The position numbers and the translations under genes were made by a program. The notes under the pieces were generated by a model. The model saw only the letters and a program-made list of their open reading frames with translations, ran no database searches and was not told the DNA's origin. From TPA_inf: Saccharomyces (taxonomy: Eukaryota): DNA of 64,000 bases. Position 1 is the first letter of the stretch; every line of letters begins with the position of its first letter. The DNA lies in the NCBI GenBank assembly GCA_000146045.2, contig BK006947.3:64001-128000 (forward strand), written 5' to 3'. Positions 35,901 through 46,735 of this stretch are shown piece by piece.

Positions 35901-36930
35901 GGTACGGTTGAGCCGTTCAGCGACTCCATGTGCTCGGGAATCCGCTGTGGTTGTATAGCATGGAGTTATACCATTTTTTTCAAGGAATTTATGGAGAGTT
36001 CTGTTAGTATACTCAGAACCACGGTCCATTTGTATAACCAAGACACTGGCCTGAAACTGGTTCTTAATAAAAGCTAGTATCGTAGTAAAAACATCGAGGA
36101 TAGAGTCCTCGCGACGGTCGTGTAATGGATAAACCCAACGGAATTTTGTTGTCTCATCAGTAAATGAGATGAAATAGGATGGTGCACTTTTTGGTAGGTT
36201 GTGAACTGGACCAAATATGTCAGTATGTAGGTATTGAAAGGGTTCGTATGAATTTTGGTATTTTAGTCGTGAACCTTTGATATGTCTGTGTTTGGTGCTT
36301 TTGCCGATTAAACAATCAGGACATTGATAGTCAATAGCACTAGACCAGTCGACATCTGATTCGTTAAAATACGTGATGGTGTTATTTTTAAGTGAGTATC
36401 GAATTGTCTGTGCATTGGCATGTGCAAGCATTCGATGAATGAAAGGATAAGGATATTTGCGTGTACTTTCACTTGTATGGACATTATTGATGGTGGGTAC
36501 GGAGATATTTGATGGAAGCAAGTACTTTTTAGATACCCAGTAAAAGTCTCCATATTTTACGATAGGTGCAAGTACAGTGCCGTCAGATCGTTCTAAGACG
36601 TTTTTGGTAAAGCATGCTGTGATATCTACTGCAGCCAATTCATTCAAACTGAGTAAGTCATAGGCTATGTTAGGAGTGTGCAATACCTTTATTGATGTTT
36701 TGGTGTTGTCCTGGAAGTGAAATTGTAGGTCACCAATAGCGTTAATTGGTATATTTCTTTTTTGAGCATCAACTACGTTTATGCCAGGATTAGATGATGC
36801 TGAGTGTATGTGGTGAGCAGATCTTATAAGGGTTCGTGATGCTCCTGAATCGAGAAGGAGGTGTCCAGGGAGTTCATCATCAGAATGATTAGTGTGATTT
36901 ACCGTAGATTCAGTAAGTTCCTGGCCTAAG
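32964..36930 (-). CDS. TY1B: Ty1 TYB (Pol: protease, integrase, reverse transcriptase/RNase H), expressed by +1 frameshifting from TYA
   Basis: The open frame carries the protease DSGAS motif, the integrase HHCC/DDE region and the RT motif YVDDM(V). It ends NKWIH*. The frameshift heptamer CTTAGGC is at 36924-36930 (minus strand). I translated codons between 36683 and 36941 by hand and saw no stops. Confidence 0.9.
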
Positions 36931-38232
36931 GTGAAGGTCGTGTTTATTCTTCAATTGAATCGGTTCAGTAGTTGATCCTCTTATGAGATCGTTATCAGGG
37001 CCGGAAGAGTTATTAGATGTGGATACGTTATGAGCCCTGGCTGTTCTTGATTGTGAATTATTTGGTTTTTGGGAATTCCGAGTTATGGATTTGGGTTTGG
37101 TTGTATTCGTGTAGGTGCGAGAGTCTTTCTTCTCATCACTCGGATTTCTCCTATAAGTAGATTTATTACGTTTTGATTCCTGTTGTTCTTCATACATAGA
37201 ATGTATGTCTGAAAACAGATCAGCAACTGTCATATGTATATATCGATGACGTGCGTAGCGTAAAAATTTGTACTCGCCAGATAGACCTCTCATAATGAAT
37301 TGGCATGCTACCTTGTTATTGATAGGAATGCCATTGTTGTTTAGTCTGTCAAGAATGTTTGTGACTTCTGCTTCAAATGCATCTGCAGGTGTGCTTCCAT
37401 TATAATGCAAAGTTGCTAGGGTCGTAATGTCATTTACCTCTTGAGTATCAGATTGCATTTTGTTAATGCTTTTGGAAAGAATTTTCATGATATCTGTATA
37501 ATCAGCAGATAAGATGTCTTTAACCCAGGTGGGTAAGAATTGAGATGGAGCAAATAGTTGAAAGGTGTGACATAAGAAGGTGAGTTCGTCATCAGTCATC
37601 TGACGTACGGCTTTTCTTGTTGCTGTCGGAATAATATCACCGAGATTCGAATTTTGTAAAAATTTGATGTATGTTTTAACCCAATTTAGAAAGTCATTAG
37701 GTGAGGTTAACATTGGTGGTGGTCTGACATATTTTTTAGTGGATGTCATATCAGAGTCCGCTGAGGATGAATCAGTAAATGTATTACCTGACTCAGGTGA
37801 TGGAGTGCTCAGAGGCGTTCCAACTGATGATGGATACTGCGGAAACTGTGAATGTGGCCCAGGTGGAAAGTACATAGGCGACATTTGATAAGGTGTATAC
37901 GGAATCATAGATGGGCGTCCGTAAAATGACCAACCAGATGGATTGGCTTGGTTTTGGGTCATCATGCACTGCTGTTGGTACGGCCCATTCTGTGGTGAAT
38001 GTGACTGAGCAGTTTGAGGAGAGGCATGATGGGGGTTCTCTGGAACAGCTGATGAAGCAGGTGTTGTTGTCTGTTGAGAGTTAGCCTTAGTGGAAGCCTT
38101 ATCATATTCTTGAATTTTGGAAGCTGAAACGTCTAACGGATCTTGATTTGTGTGGACTTCCTTAGAAGTAACCGAAGCACAGGCGCTACCATGAGAAATG
38201 GGTGAATGTTGAGATAATTGTTGGGATTCCAT
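36910..38232 (-). CDS. TY1A: Ty1 TYA (Gag, 440 aa)
   Basis: Starts [33 protein letters not shown] and ends ...[10 protein letters not shown]. The ATG lies inside the 5' LTR, as in Ty1. Confidence 0.93.
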   Translation of the reverse strand: MESQQLSQHSPISHGSACASVTSKEVHTNQDPLDVSASKIQEYDKASTKANSQQTTTPASSAVPENPHHASPQTAQSHSPQNGPYQQQCMMTQNQANPSGWSFYGRPSMIPYTPYQMSPMYFPPGPHSQFPQYPSSVGTPLSTPSPESGNTFTDSSSADSDMTSTKKYVRPPPMLTSPNDFLNWVKTYIKFLQNSNLGDIIPTATRKAVRQMTDDELTFLCHTFQLFAPSQFLPTWVKDILSADYTDIMKILSKSINKMQSDTQEVNDITTLATLHYNGSTPADAFEAEVTNILDRLNNNGIPINNKVACQFIMRGLSGEYKFLRYARHRYIHMTVADLFSDIHSMYEEQQESKRNKSTYRRNPSDEKKDSRTYTNTTKPKSITRNSQKPNNSQSRTARAHNVSTSNNSSGPDNDLIRGSTTEPIQLKNKHDLHLRPGTY

Positions 38233-38523
38233 TGTTGATAAAGGCTATAATATTAGGTATACAGAATATACTAGAAGTTCTCCTCGAGGATATAGGAATC
38301 CTCAAAATGGAATCTATATTTCTACATACTAATATTACGATTATTCCTCATTCCGTTTTATATGTTTCATTATCCTATTACATTATCAATCCTTGCACTT
38401 CAGCTTCCTCTAACCTCGATGACAGCTTCTCATAACTTATGTCATCATCTTAACACCGTATATGATAATATATTGATAATATAACTATTAGTTGATAGAC
38501 GATAGTGGATTTTTATTCCAACA
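38192..38523 (-). repeat. Ty1 5' LTR (delta), 332 bp
   Basis: A direct repeat of 32610-32941. It contains the TYA start codon. Confidence 0.93.
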
Positions 38524-38528
38524 GTGTT

Positions 38529-38578
38529 AAAGATCTATTAGTTGATCATGTTGGAATAAAAATCCACTATCGTCTATC
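38529..38578. repeat. Scrambled delta (Ty1/Ty2 LTR) remnants. An internal delta piece in minus orientation (CTATTAGTTGAT) is fused to a delta 5' end in plus orientation (TGTTGGAATAAAAATCCACTATCGTCTATC).
   Basis: Matches the ends of the adjacent intact LTR but in opposite orientations. It lies just outside the TSD. Confidence 0.6.
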
Positions 38579-38584
38579 CAAACA

Positions 38585-38700
38585 ATTCTCTCAAAATTCG
38601 CCCAATTCTCAAAATTCACCCATTTCCCACACATATGTGTTTTAGGAACGTTTAGGATAAGGAATCGTCATACTGACGTACCTCATTTTGAGATACAACA
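38585..38700 (-). repeat. Truncated sigma (Ty3 LTR)-like fragment ending 15 bp upstream of tRNA-Asn
   Basis: The minus strand reads TGTTGTATCTCAAAATGAGGTACGTCAGTATGACGATTCC... This resembles the sigma 5' end as I recall it. The distance to the tRNA fits Ty3 targeting. Confidence 0.5.
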
Positions 38701-38715
38701 AATCATATATTATAA

Positions 38716-38789
38716 GACTCCATGGCCAAGTTGGTTAAGGCGTGCGACTGTTAATCGCAAGATCGTGAGTTCAACCCTCACTGGGGTCG
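38716..38789 (+). tRNA. tRNA-Asn (anticodon GUU)
   Basis: GACTCCATGGCCAAGTTGGTTAAGGCGTGCGACTGTTAATCGCAAGATCGTGAGTTCAACCCTCACTGGGGTCG. Forms a cloverleaf and is followed by a T-run. Confidence 0.9.
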
Positions 38790-39133
38790 TTTATTTTTTT
38801 TGTATTTGTGCTTATTTACTAAATAACCATTTCACCCTGTTATAATAATGCTTAAAAGAAGAATGTAGTTTTTCTCTTTTCCTTTAACTGCTTTACTTCT
38901 CCCGAAAAAGCAAGATGCAATCTTTTAATATGTTTGAGTTTGCTTAAAGTATATTCACAAAAAAGAAAATAAAAGTTAAAAATTTCTGAAAATCAGGACC
39001 TTATTCGATAGTTGGTCATAAATTGACTGAAAAATAGAATAATTTCGGACACCAAATGAATCATTAACAAGACAATATCTTAAGGTATGTACAAGTGAGA
39101 ATATTACTTATATATAAAACGGTTAACAATTTT

Positions 39134-40108
<975 letters not shown>

Positions 40109-40635
40109 CTAAAGGTCATGAGCTTTAATTTTACGCACTGCGTTTAGTGCAGTTACCTGGAGTTTCAGCCGGGTAAGAAAACTATACGATTGCCAAATAG
40201 AAAAACGGATATAAAGATAGTAGCTGTGAATAGTAGCTTTGTATAGTACATAAAGGTACCTTATCTAACATTGCTTGCGACGCAGAATACGCAAAATATA
40301 CTGTTTAATTGCAATCAGGAGTTTGCTACGGTATTTGGTATAATCGGAACTCATATTGTCCTACGTTCACCGAGACCAATGAACGCACAATAAAATGGAT
40401 ACTTGGAATGCCCTACCCAAAATATGAGCTGCGTTTGTTTTGTGAAAAACGAAAAGTAATTAAGTTGTTTTGCAGAAGTGTGAATAATTGGGGGACGCCA
40501 TTTGGTTTCTCTCTTCTGATTGATTAAAGTTAATTTCGGCACAATAACCCAATGACTGGCTAGGAAACTTCTCGATGCATCCGTGATCTCCCAAGGACGA
40601 AATGGTTTTTATCACGTCCTAACGACATCATATGT

Positions 40636-40703
40636 CCTCGAGGAGAACTTCTAGTATAGTATTTATTAACAATGGAATCCCAACAATCATCAAATTATTC
40701 ACC
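40636..40703 (+). repeat. Delta-like solo-LTR fragment (3' part of a Ty1/Ty2-type LTR) about 100 bp upstream of tRNA-Thr
   Basis: CCTCGAGGAGAACTTCTAGTATA...CAATGGAATCCCAACAAT...ATTCACC aligns with the 3' third of the intact Ty1 LTR, with divergence. Confidence 0.5.
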
Positions 40704-40804
40704 AAATATACACAGATTCTTATACTAACTAAAGTAAGAAGATTAGGATTTCCATACTCATTTTGTTAAGTAGCACTTGTATATCCGGTTTTCTCAAGTT
40801 CTGA

Positions 40805-40877
40805 GCTTCTATGGCCAAGTTGGTAAGGCGCCACACTAGTAATGTGGAGATCATCGGTTCAAATCCGATTGGAAGCA
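40805..40877 (+). tRNA. tRNA-Thr (anticodon AGU)
   Basis: GCTTCTATGGCCAAGTTGGTAAGGCGCCACACTAGTAATGTGGAGATCATCGGTTCAAATCCGATTGGAAGCA. Forms a cloverleaf and is followed by a T-rich terminator. Confidence 0.9.
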
Positions 40878-41183
40878 TATTATTTTTATTCTACGGTAAA
40901 CATGCCTGATGGTGATTTGAGACAGACCCCATTGCCTCAGATTTGTGAAGAATAGAAAATGTGTACATTCATTTTGATAAACTATACATATACTTAACTT
41001 TTTAACATGATAAATCAATATTGATATGGTCGGTACTGTTCACTTTATCTATATTTTTTTTCTTTCGTGCAATAATCGTCGGCTTTAATAATATTATACA
41101 TACAAAGGGAAAATGAAGGAAAGAAATATGAAAGGATGAATAAGTCTTTGATATGAATATGTAGTGTTGGTATCTAAACCTAG

Positions 41184-42695
41184 TCAGCGCAAAGAACTAT
41201 TATTGGAATCCTTTGCATCATCGTAATCATCATCACCATCTGAGACATTACTCCCAATATTTGAACTCACATTATCGGGGTTGACAATGTGTAGTTGTCT
41301 TTCTTCCATCATATCGGGCAGCGAAGTAGCACTGAACCTTTGGTTCCCGTTATAGATCGAAGGAGGCTCCTCGTACACTACCGAGGGAAAGTGACTTCTT
41401 TTGCTGATATTATGTGCATCACCAGTAATAATAGAATCTCTGCCGCCCGGCGCCCTTGTCGGCAGATCATAAGTGGCAAAAGTAGACGCTGTATTCTTGG
41501 ACAATGCTGTATTATTCCTAGAGGGTATGTGCCAGTTAGTGCTCGAAGCAGACGGTGGAATAACAGGGTTAGCGTCAGCATCACCCAGTGAGTACGGCTG
41601 GTACTGCTTTGTCTCTTCCAAGTCCACATGCTGAGAAGATTGGCGACGTTTTTTCCATACGAAAAAGAATAACGCCAGAGCCAACAAGGCAACTGTACCA
41701 CAAACCACACCTACTACGACACCTGCGATGGCGCCACCACTCAAGCCTTTGCTCTTGGACGAGCTCGATTTCCCGTTTAAGAGAGAACTAGTAGAGGAGG
41801 ACGTAGACGATACTGTTGCATAAACAGAGGTCCTGGTGGTAAAGATCGTGCTTGCTTGTTGGTTAGCTTGAGAAACCACGGACTGCGTCACCACACGGGT
41901 AGTGTAATGCGTGGAAGTACCTATTGAAGTCGATGAGGGGGTAGAAGTGACCGTTGCTGTCGAAGTTGAGGATGAGGTCGATGTGGTGGATGAAGAAGTT
42001 GCCTGCGTAGAGGACGTTTCTGAACTGGAAGAGGCAGAAGTGCTAGAGGAAGTGGTGGAAGGAGAAGAAGAAGTAGAAGTAGTACTAGAGGTAGTAGAAG
42101 TAGTAGAAGTAGTAGACGTAGAAGAGGAAGAGGATGAAGAAGAGGAGGAAGTAGTTGTCTCTGAAGAGGAAGTGGTAGTGGAGGTTGTAGACGAGGAAGA
42201 GGATGAGTGCGTAGCAGAAGAACTAGTTGAAGTTTTCGTGTCCAATTTCGTGGACGTTTTTGAACTAACACTTGTGCTTGATGAAGATGTTGTCGATGTT
42301 GAGGTAGCAGTAGATGAAGTTGAGTCCGCGGTAGAAGCAGCGTTATTGATATAAACGTTCATGGCAGAAGAACCACCACAATTTTGGTAGGGCCAGCCAG
42401 CACACGAAACATCACATTTGCTCGAATCTACCTGCGTCAAAGACTGTAACTGAGCTACGGAACCACCACAGTAGCAACCTGTACCGTTGAAAAGAGCAAC
42501 GACAGCCTGACCAGGGCATTCATTTTGACAGTAGGAAACTGATTGATACTCGTAAACACCCTTGTAAGTCAACCCCAATTTTCGTATATCACTAGCTGAA
42601 TAGCAAGCTTTATATGTGAATTGGTCAGCCAACGCGGCTCGTATATATATGAGCCACACTAAGATGAAGGACTTGTGTATGAGATCTAGGTGCAT
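41184..42695 (-). CDS. WSC2: Cell-wall integrity sensor with a WSC domain, Ser/Thr-rich stalk and single TM (503 aa)
   Basis: Has a Cys-rich WSC domain after the signal peptide, then a roughly 190-aa S/T tract, a TM helix (GAIAGVVVGVVCGTVALLALALFFFVW) and a cytoplasmic tail. Confidence 0.92.
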   Translation of the reverse strand: MHLDLIHKSFILVWLIYIRAALADQFTYKACYSASDIRKLGLTYKGVYEYQSVSYCQNECPGQAVVALFNGTGCYCGGSVAQLQSLTQVDSSKCDVSCAGWPYQNCGGSSAMNVYINNAASTADSTSSTATSTSTTSSSSTSVSSKTSTKLDTKTSTSSSATHSSSSSSTTSTTTSSSETTTSSSSSSSSSSTSTTSTTSTTSSTTSTSSSPSTTSSSTSASSSSETSSTQATSSSTTSTSSSTSTATVTSTPSSTSIGTSTHYTTRVVTQSVVSQANQQASTIFTTRTSVYATVSSTSSSTSSLLNGKSSSSKSKGLSGGAIAGVVVGVVCGTVALLALALFFFVWKKRRQSSQHVDLEETKQYQPYSLGDADANPVIPPSASSTNWHIPSRNNTALSKNTASTFATYDLPTRAPGGRDSIITGDAHNISKRSHFPSVVYEEPPSIYNGNQRFSATSLPDMMEERQLHIVNPDNVSSNIGSNVSDGDDDYDDAKDSNNSSLR

Positions 42696-43686
42696 ATTCC
42701 ACTTCTATAATGCTGTTGGTCAAAAAGAAATTCAAAGAAGAAACAATTAGAAACCAGAAAGTCTGTAAAAATACAAAAAAGCGTGTCCTATAACCGAACA
42801 GCAATGTTTGTTTTCACTAGATTTGTTTTCTTTTGGCGAAAAACGAAGGTAGAAATGAAAGTAAAAAAAGAGCAATAATGGTAAATCAAAGGCTAGCCAC
42901 GCTTTGAGCTATAGTTGGTCGTGCTGAGCAATAGTAAAGAATTGAAAAAGCGAGTGGATGATTTGAAAACTGCTTATATGTTTTACGTTGAGGGTTTCTC
43001 CTCTTTATTTCTTCGAAGGACGGAGGACAGGTATAAAGCAGTCGCTGGAACTCTTTTCCCTGACAATCTTAAAAAGAAAGACCGAAACAGAGTGTTATAA
43101 AACGAAACAAAAAACCTGCTGTAAATGCACTTCTGGGAGAAGTGCTAGATCACAACATACAAACATATGCAAATTCATAGTAAAAGGAGATAGGGCCCAG
43201 ATGACCAAATCAAGAATGGCTCACTGTTGAAACATTCTGCTTAATGTCGAAACAGTCCGTAAACAAACACATTCCCACAAAACACCGCACCGCGAAAAAA
43301 AAAAAAAACAGGAAAAAACGCGAAATGTCCGTAACTTTACCCGGTAATAGTCACGTGATAAAGGTGCATTGGTCTAGCTGGCTGTTCTGGCCAACGCGAC
43401 AGCAGGGTTCATACTTTCAGTAGAACAAAAATCGGGGGAAATGCGATGCACTCTTTAACTGCAATTATGCACATCCTATTGCCAGGGCGGATATTTGATG
43501 TTGTTCTCAGATATGTATTCCCTGATCTATACCGTTCTCATAGTTCAATTTTCTCTGATTTTCTCGTGCGGGCAATAAGTAAAAAATAGCATTTGCGTGC
43601 TTAAGTGAAATTTTTCAGATTATGAGTGATATAGAGATGAGGACTGTAACAAGAAGGAAGGTGAGGAAATCAAGACGGTAAGTAGC

Positions 43687-44274
43687 ATGTCCGGGTCGTT
43701 AAAATCTCTAGACAAGAAAATAGCTAAAAGAAGGCAGGTGTATAAGCCCGTGCTAGACAATCCGTTCACAAACGAAGCACATATGTGGCCGCGCGTGCAT
43801 GATCAGCCATTGATTTGGCAGCTGCTGCAATCCTCTATCATAAATAAGTTGATTCACATTCAATCGAAGGAGAACTACCCTTGGGAGCTGTATACAGATT
43901 TCAATGAAATTGTGCAGTATTTGAGCGGCGCTCACGGAAACAGCGACCCAGTATGTCTATTTGTGTGCAATAAGGACCCTGATGTACCGCTTGTGCTCTT
44001 GCAGCAAATCCCGCTATTATGCTATATGGCGCCCATGACGGTTAAACTGGTGCAGTTGCCCAAGAGTGCCATGGATACCTTCAAGTCGGTTTCTAAATAT
44101 GGAATGCTGCTGCTGCGGTGCGACGATAGGGTCGACAAGAAATTCGTATCGCAGATCCAGAAGAACGTTGATCTGCTTCAGTTTCCCTGGTTAAATGCTA
44201 TCAAGTATCGGCCCACATCTGTCAAGCTGTTGAAAACTACAGTGCCAATTGTCTCGAAGAAGAGGCAAAAGTAG
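43687..44274 (+). CDS. POP3: RNase P / RNase MRP protein subunit (195 aa)
   Basis: A 195-aa basic ORF. Length and synteny match YNL282W. Confidence 0.85.
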   Translation: MSGSLKSLDKKIAKRRQVYKPVLDNPFTNEAHMWPRVHDQPLIWQLLQSSIINKLIHIQSKENYPWELYTDFNEIVQYLSGAHGNSDPVCLFVCNKDPDVPLVLLQQIPLLCYMAPMTVKLVQLPKSAMDTFKSVSKYGMLLLRCDDRVDKKFVSQIQKNVDLLQFPWLNAIKYRPTSVKLLKTTVPIVSKKRQK

Positions 44275-44466
44275 ACAAAATTACCCGCGCAGGCCTATTT
44301 TTCTAGAAGACAGAAGAAAAAAGTGGGCAGAGAAAGCGAGGAAAAAAAGAAATACATATGAAGAAGAAAAAAGCTGAAATTTAAGCAAATACTTTTTGGA
44401 CAAAATCATCAAACTACTACTAAAGTTTGAAACGATCGGAAAGTTACAACACATTTACGATAAAAT

Positions 44467-44928
44467 ATGGTTGTCTTGAATCCAAATAACTGGCATTGGG
44501 TGGATAAAAACACCTTACCTTGGTCTAAGGACTACTTGAACGGTAAATTAACGAGTTTGTCCACTGTTTCCTCTGATGGGAAGAGCAAAATTGAGTTAAC
44601 CCAGGTGAGTAGCATCACCGGTGACTCCAACGTATCTCAAAGGAAGGGCAAGCCGATTTGCTACTTTGACTTACAGTTGTCGATGAACGTCAAAGTGACA
44701 AATTTGGATACTAATAAGGACGACGAGGATGATGACGGCATACTTGCGGACGGGAAACTAGAAATTCCAGAGTTTATGCATGACGAGTCTGATATTCCGA
44801 TTTTGTCGCAAGGGTTTGATGCTTTTGATGGATTGGTTAGGTCTGAATTTGTCCCTAAAGTAGTGGAAACGCTACTAAAATACCAAGATGACTTGATTAA
44901 AGAACACTCAAAGGATATACAAGTTTGA
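44467..44928 (+). CDS. HCH1: Hsp90 co-chaperone, Aha1 N-domain homolog (153 aa)
   Basis: Starts MVVLNPNNWHWVDKN, the Aha1-N signature. Length is 153 aa. Confidence 0.9.
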   Translation: MVVLNPNNWHWVDKNTLPWSKDYLNGKLTSLSTVSSDGKSKIELTQVSSITGDSNVSQRKGKPICYFDLQLSMNVKVTNLDTNKDDEDDDGILADGKLEIPEFMHDESDIPILSQGFDAFDGLVRSEFVPKVVETLLKYQDDLIKEHSKDIQV

Positions 44929-45094
44929 TGTGTTCATGTAACGAAAAGGGGAGCGTTGCATAGATAGACCACCGCCCCTTTTAATTTTTCCAGCGTTTTC
45001 AATTGTTATTCTTCTTCTTCCTCATACTCACCCAATACATAACATGTATACACACATACATAGATAATGAAGAAAATAGCAGTGGTAGAAAAAC

Positions 45095-46411
45095 TTAATA
45101 AACATATGGAATGATCTTGTAAGGAACTTTTCTTTCGTATTCTTCCCAATTTTCGCCATATTTCAGGCGGCACTTGTGCTCATCACGTTGTTGACGGTGT
45201 AATAACAACGTGGCGAAGTACAACGAGTAGTAATATGTCAAGGGAGTTTGGAACCAGGTGGCCAAACACCAACTTAATGAAATCAGCCAATCGCCAAAGT
45301 AATTGATATGCTGTGATTTAGCCCACCACCCGTCACATAATAACTTTGTACCACGCTTTGTCTGAATACTTTTTAGATTTTCTAATTTACCTTGTCTAAA
45401 CTCAGATTTTTGCTTATTTGCCGAGTGGAAGATGTGGAAACCCAAAAACATTATGGCTAATATACCGACAACTTTCACCCATCCCAATTCCACAGGGGAA
45501 ACACTCAAGTAACGCGCTTGTAATGAGTAGGTGAATGGAACTAAACTTAAGTCACCAAACGCTAGCATGAAACCAAACCCATCTGTAGTGATATCCATCA
45601 TGGTTAATACACCTTCCTCGTTTAGTACTCCATCGAAAATGTAAAATCCTTGCAAGAAATTAACCAAGACCAATGCATCGTTGATTTTACCAGTCTTCAG
45701 GTAATGGTGATGCAGACAGGAAAGATTGATCAGTAACCATAACAACATGCCGGGTCTCAACTCTGAAAACATCTTGATATCTAATGGGCCGAGACGAGGG
45801 TTCAGTTCTCTACCAATAAACCAATCGTAAATGATGTTTCCTGAATTTCCACCTAGTGCTAAGATCTTTTCCCTTTTGCCATTACCATTTTTCTTGAAGA
45901 TCAATGGTATGAAGCTGGCAACATAGCAGTACGTCGCCAAAAAGAACGAAAACAAAATAGATATTATGCATAAACTAACGTGATTTTCATACAGATATTG
46001 CAATTCAGGCAATTGTCCATCAGTCAATTTCCATCTGATAGCCAAAACTAAGACCAAAGTTGTAGACATGGCAATTCCATTGATCTTATACGAAAGCTTC
46101 GAACCATCCCTTAACTGAACACCCTTCATGACTCTGCCCGGTAAAATGACGTCCAAAACTGCCAGTATTCCATACCACAGGCAATAGACAGTCCATAATT
46201 CACGATTGCCCAGATAGTAGCGCAATGGCTTGATACCGTTCCAAAGCTCAACTATATCGAAATTCTGGAAAAATCCCTTAATAAAATAATCGGGCCTTAT
46301 CATTTGATTCAAGATGATAGTGAAAACAGGCAGCCCTATGCTGATGCCTAAGGCACCAATCAGCCCACCAAATTCAAACTCTGTAGTTCTGGGATTCAAA
46401 GCTGATACCAT
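45095..46411 (-). CDS. ERG24: C-14 sterol reductase, ergosterol biosynthesis (438 aa)
   Basis: Belongs to the multi-TM ERG4/ERG24 family. The true start is MVSALNPRTTEFEFGG at 46411. The 41 codons upstream in the track ORF begin with a non-ATG codon. Confidence 0.92.
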   Translation of the reverse strand: MVSALNPRTTEFEFGGLIGALGISIGLPVFTIILNQMIRPDYFIKGFFQNFDIVELWNGIKPLRYYLGNRELWTVYCLWYGILAVLDVILPGRVMKGVQLRDGSKLSYKINGIAMSTTLVLVLAIRWKLTDGQLPELQYLYENHVSLCIISILFSFFLATYCYVASFIPLIFKKNGNGKREKILALGGNSGNIIYDWFIGRELNPRLGPLDIKMFSELRPGMLLWLLINLSCLHHHYLKTGKINDALVLVNFLQGFYIFDGVLNEEGVLTMMDITTDGFGFMLAFGDLSLVPFTYSLQARYLSVSPVELGWVKVVGILAIMFLGFHIFHSANKQKSEFRQGKLENLKSIQTKRGTKLLCDGWWAKSQHINYFGDWLISLSWCLATWFQTPLTYYYSLYFATLLLHRQQRDEHKCRLKYGENWEEYERKVPYKIIPYVY

Positions 46412-46735
46412 CCTTTTATTCTCTACACCGAATTTGTCTTTACTCCTATGCTGTTTACAAGGTCTATCTGATAAGCAATTGCGCAAGAAAATAGTAGAAT
46501 GAAAACTGATTATTAAAAACAAACGTAAACTCAAGCCTCACTTGATGCTCAGACGGAGTACGTGAAAAACGTCCGTTATGCAAAACCCTTTATATGCACA
46601 ACCTTCACACAATGCAAATTTCCGATGATGCCTACATACAAAAGAGCGAAAGGCGATATAAATTTTTTTCACGGGATTTTCGTTTAGGTGAAAATAAAAT
46701 GAACGACAGAGCATGCAGAGTCCGGGTAATACATA

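Larger units (their letters stand above)
32610..38523 (-). mobile_element. Full-length Ty1 LTR retrotransposon (5914 bp), flanked by the 5-bp target-site duplication GTGTT (32605-32609 and 38524-38528)
   Basis: Two 332-bp delta LTRs in direct orientation (TG...CA termini). The PBS TGGTAGCGCC lies next to the 5' LTR (38181-38191 on the plus strand). A PPT (GGGTGGTA) lies next to the 3' LTR. gag and pol are in Ty1 arrangement. Confidence 0.95.

Noticed and set aside
41911-42354. A 147-aa Glu/Val-rich ORF (+) and a 116-aa Leu/Pro-rich ORF (-) inside WSC2
   Set aside because: They mirror the Ser/Thr repeat codons of WSC2 on the other strand and in shifted frames. They are low-complexity artifacts.
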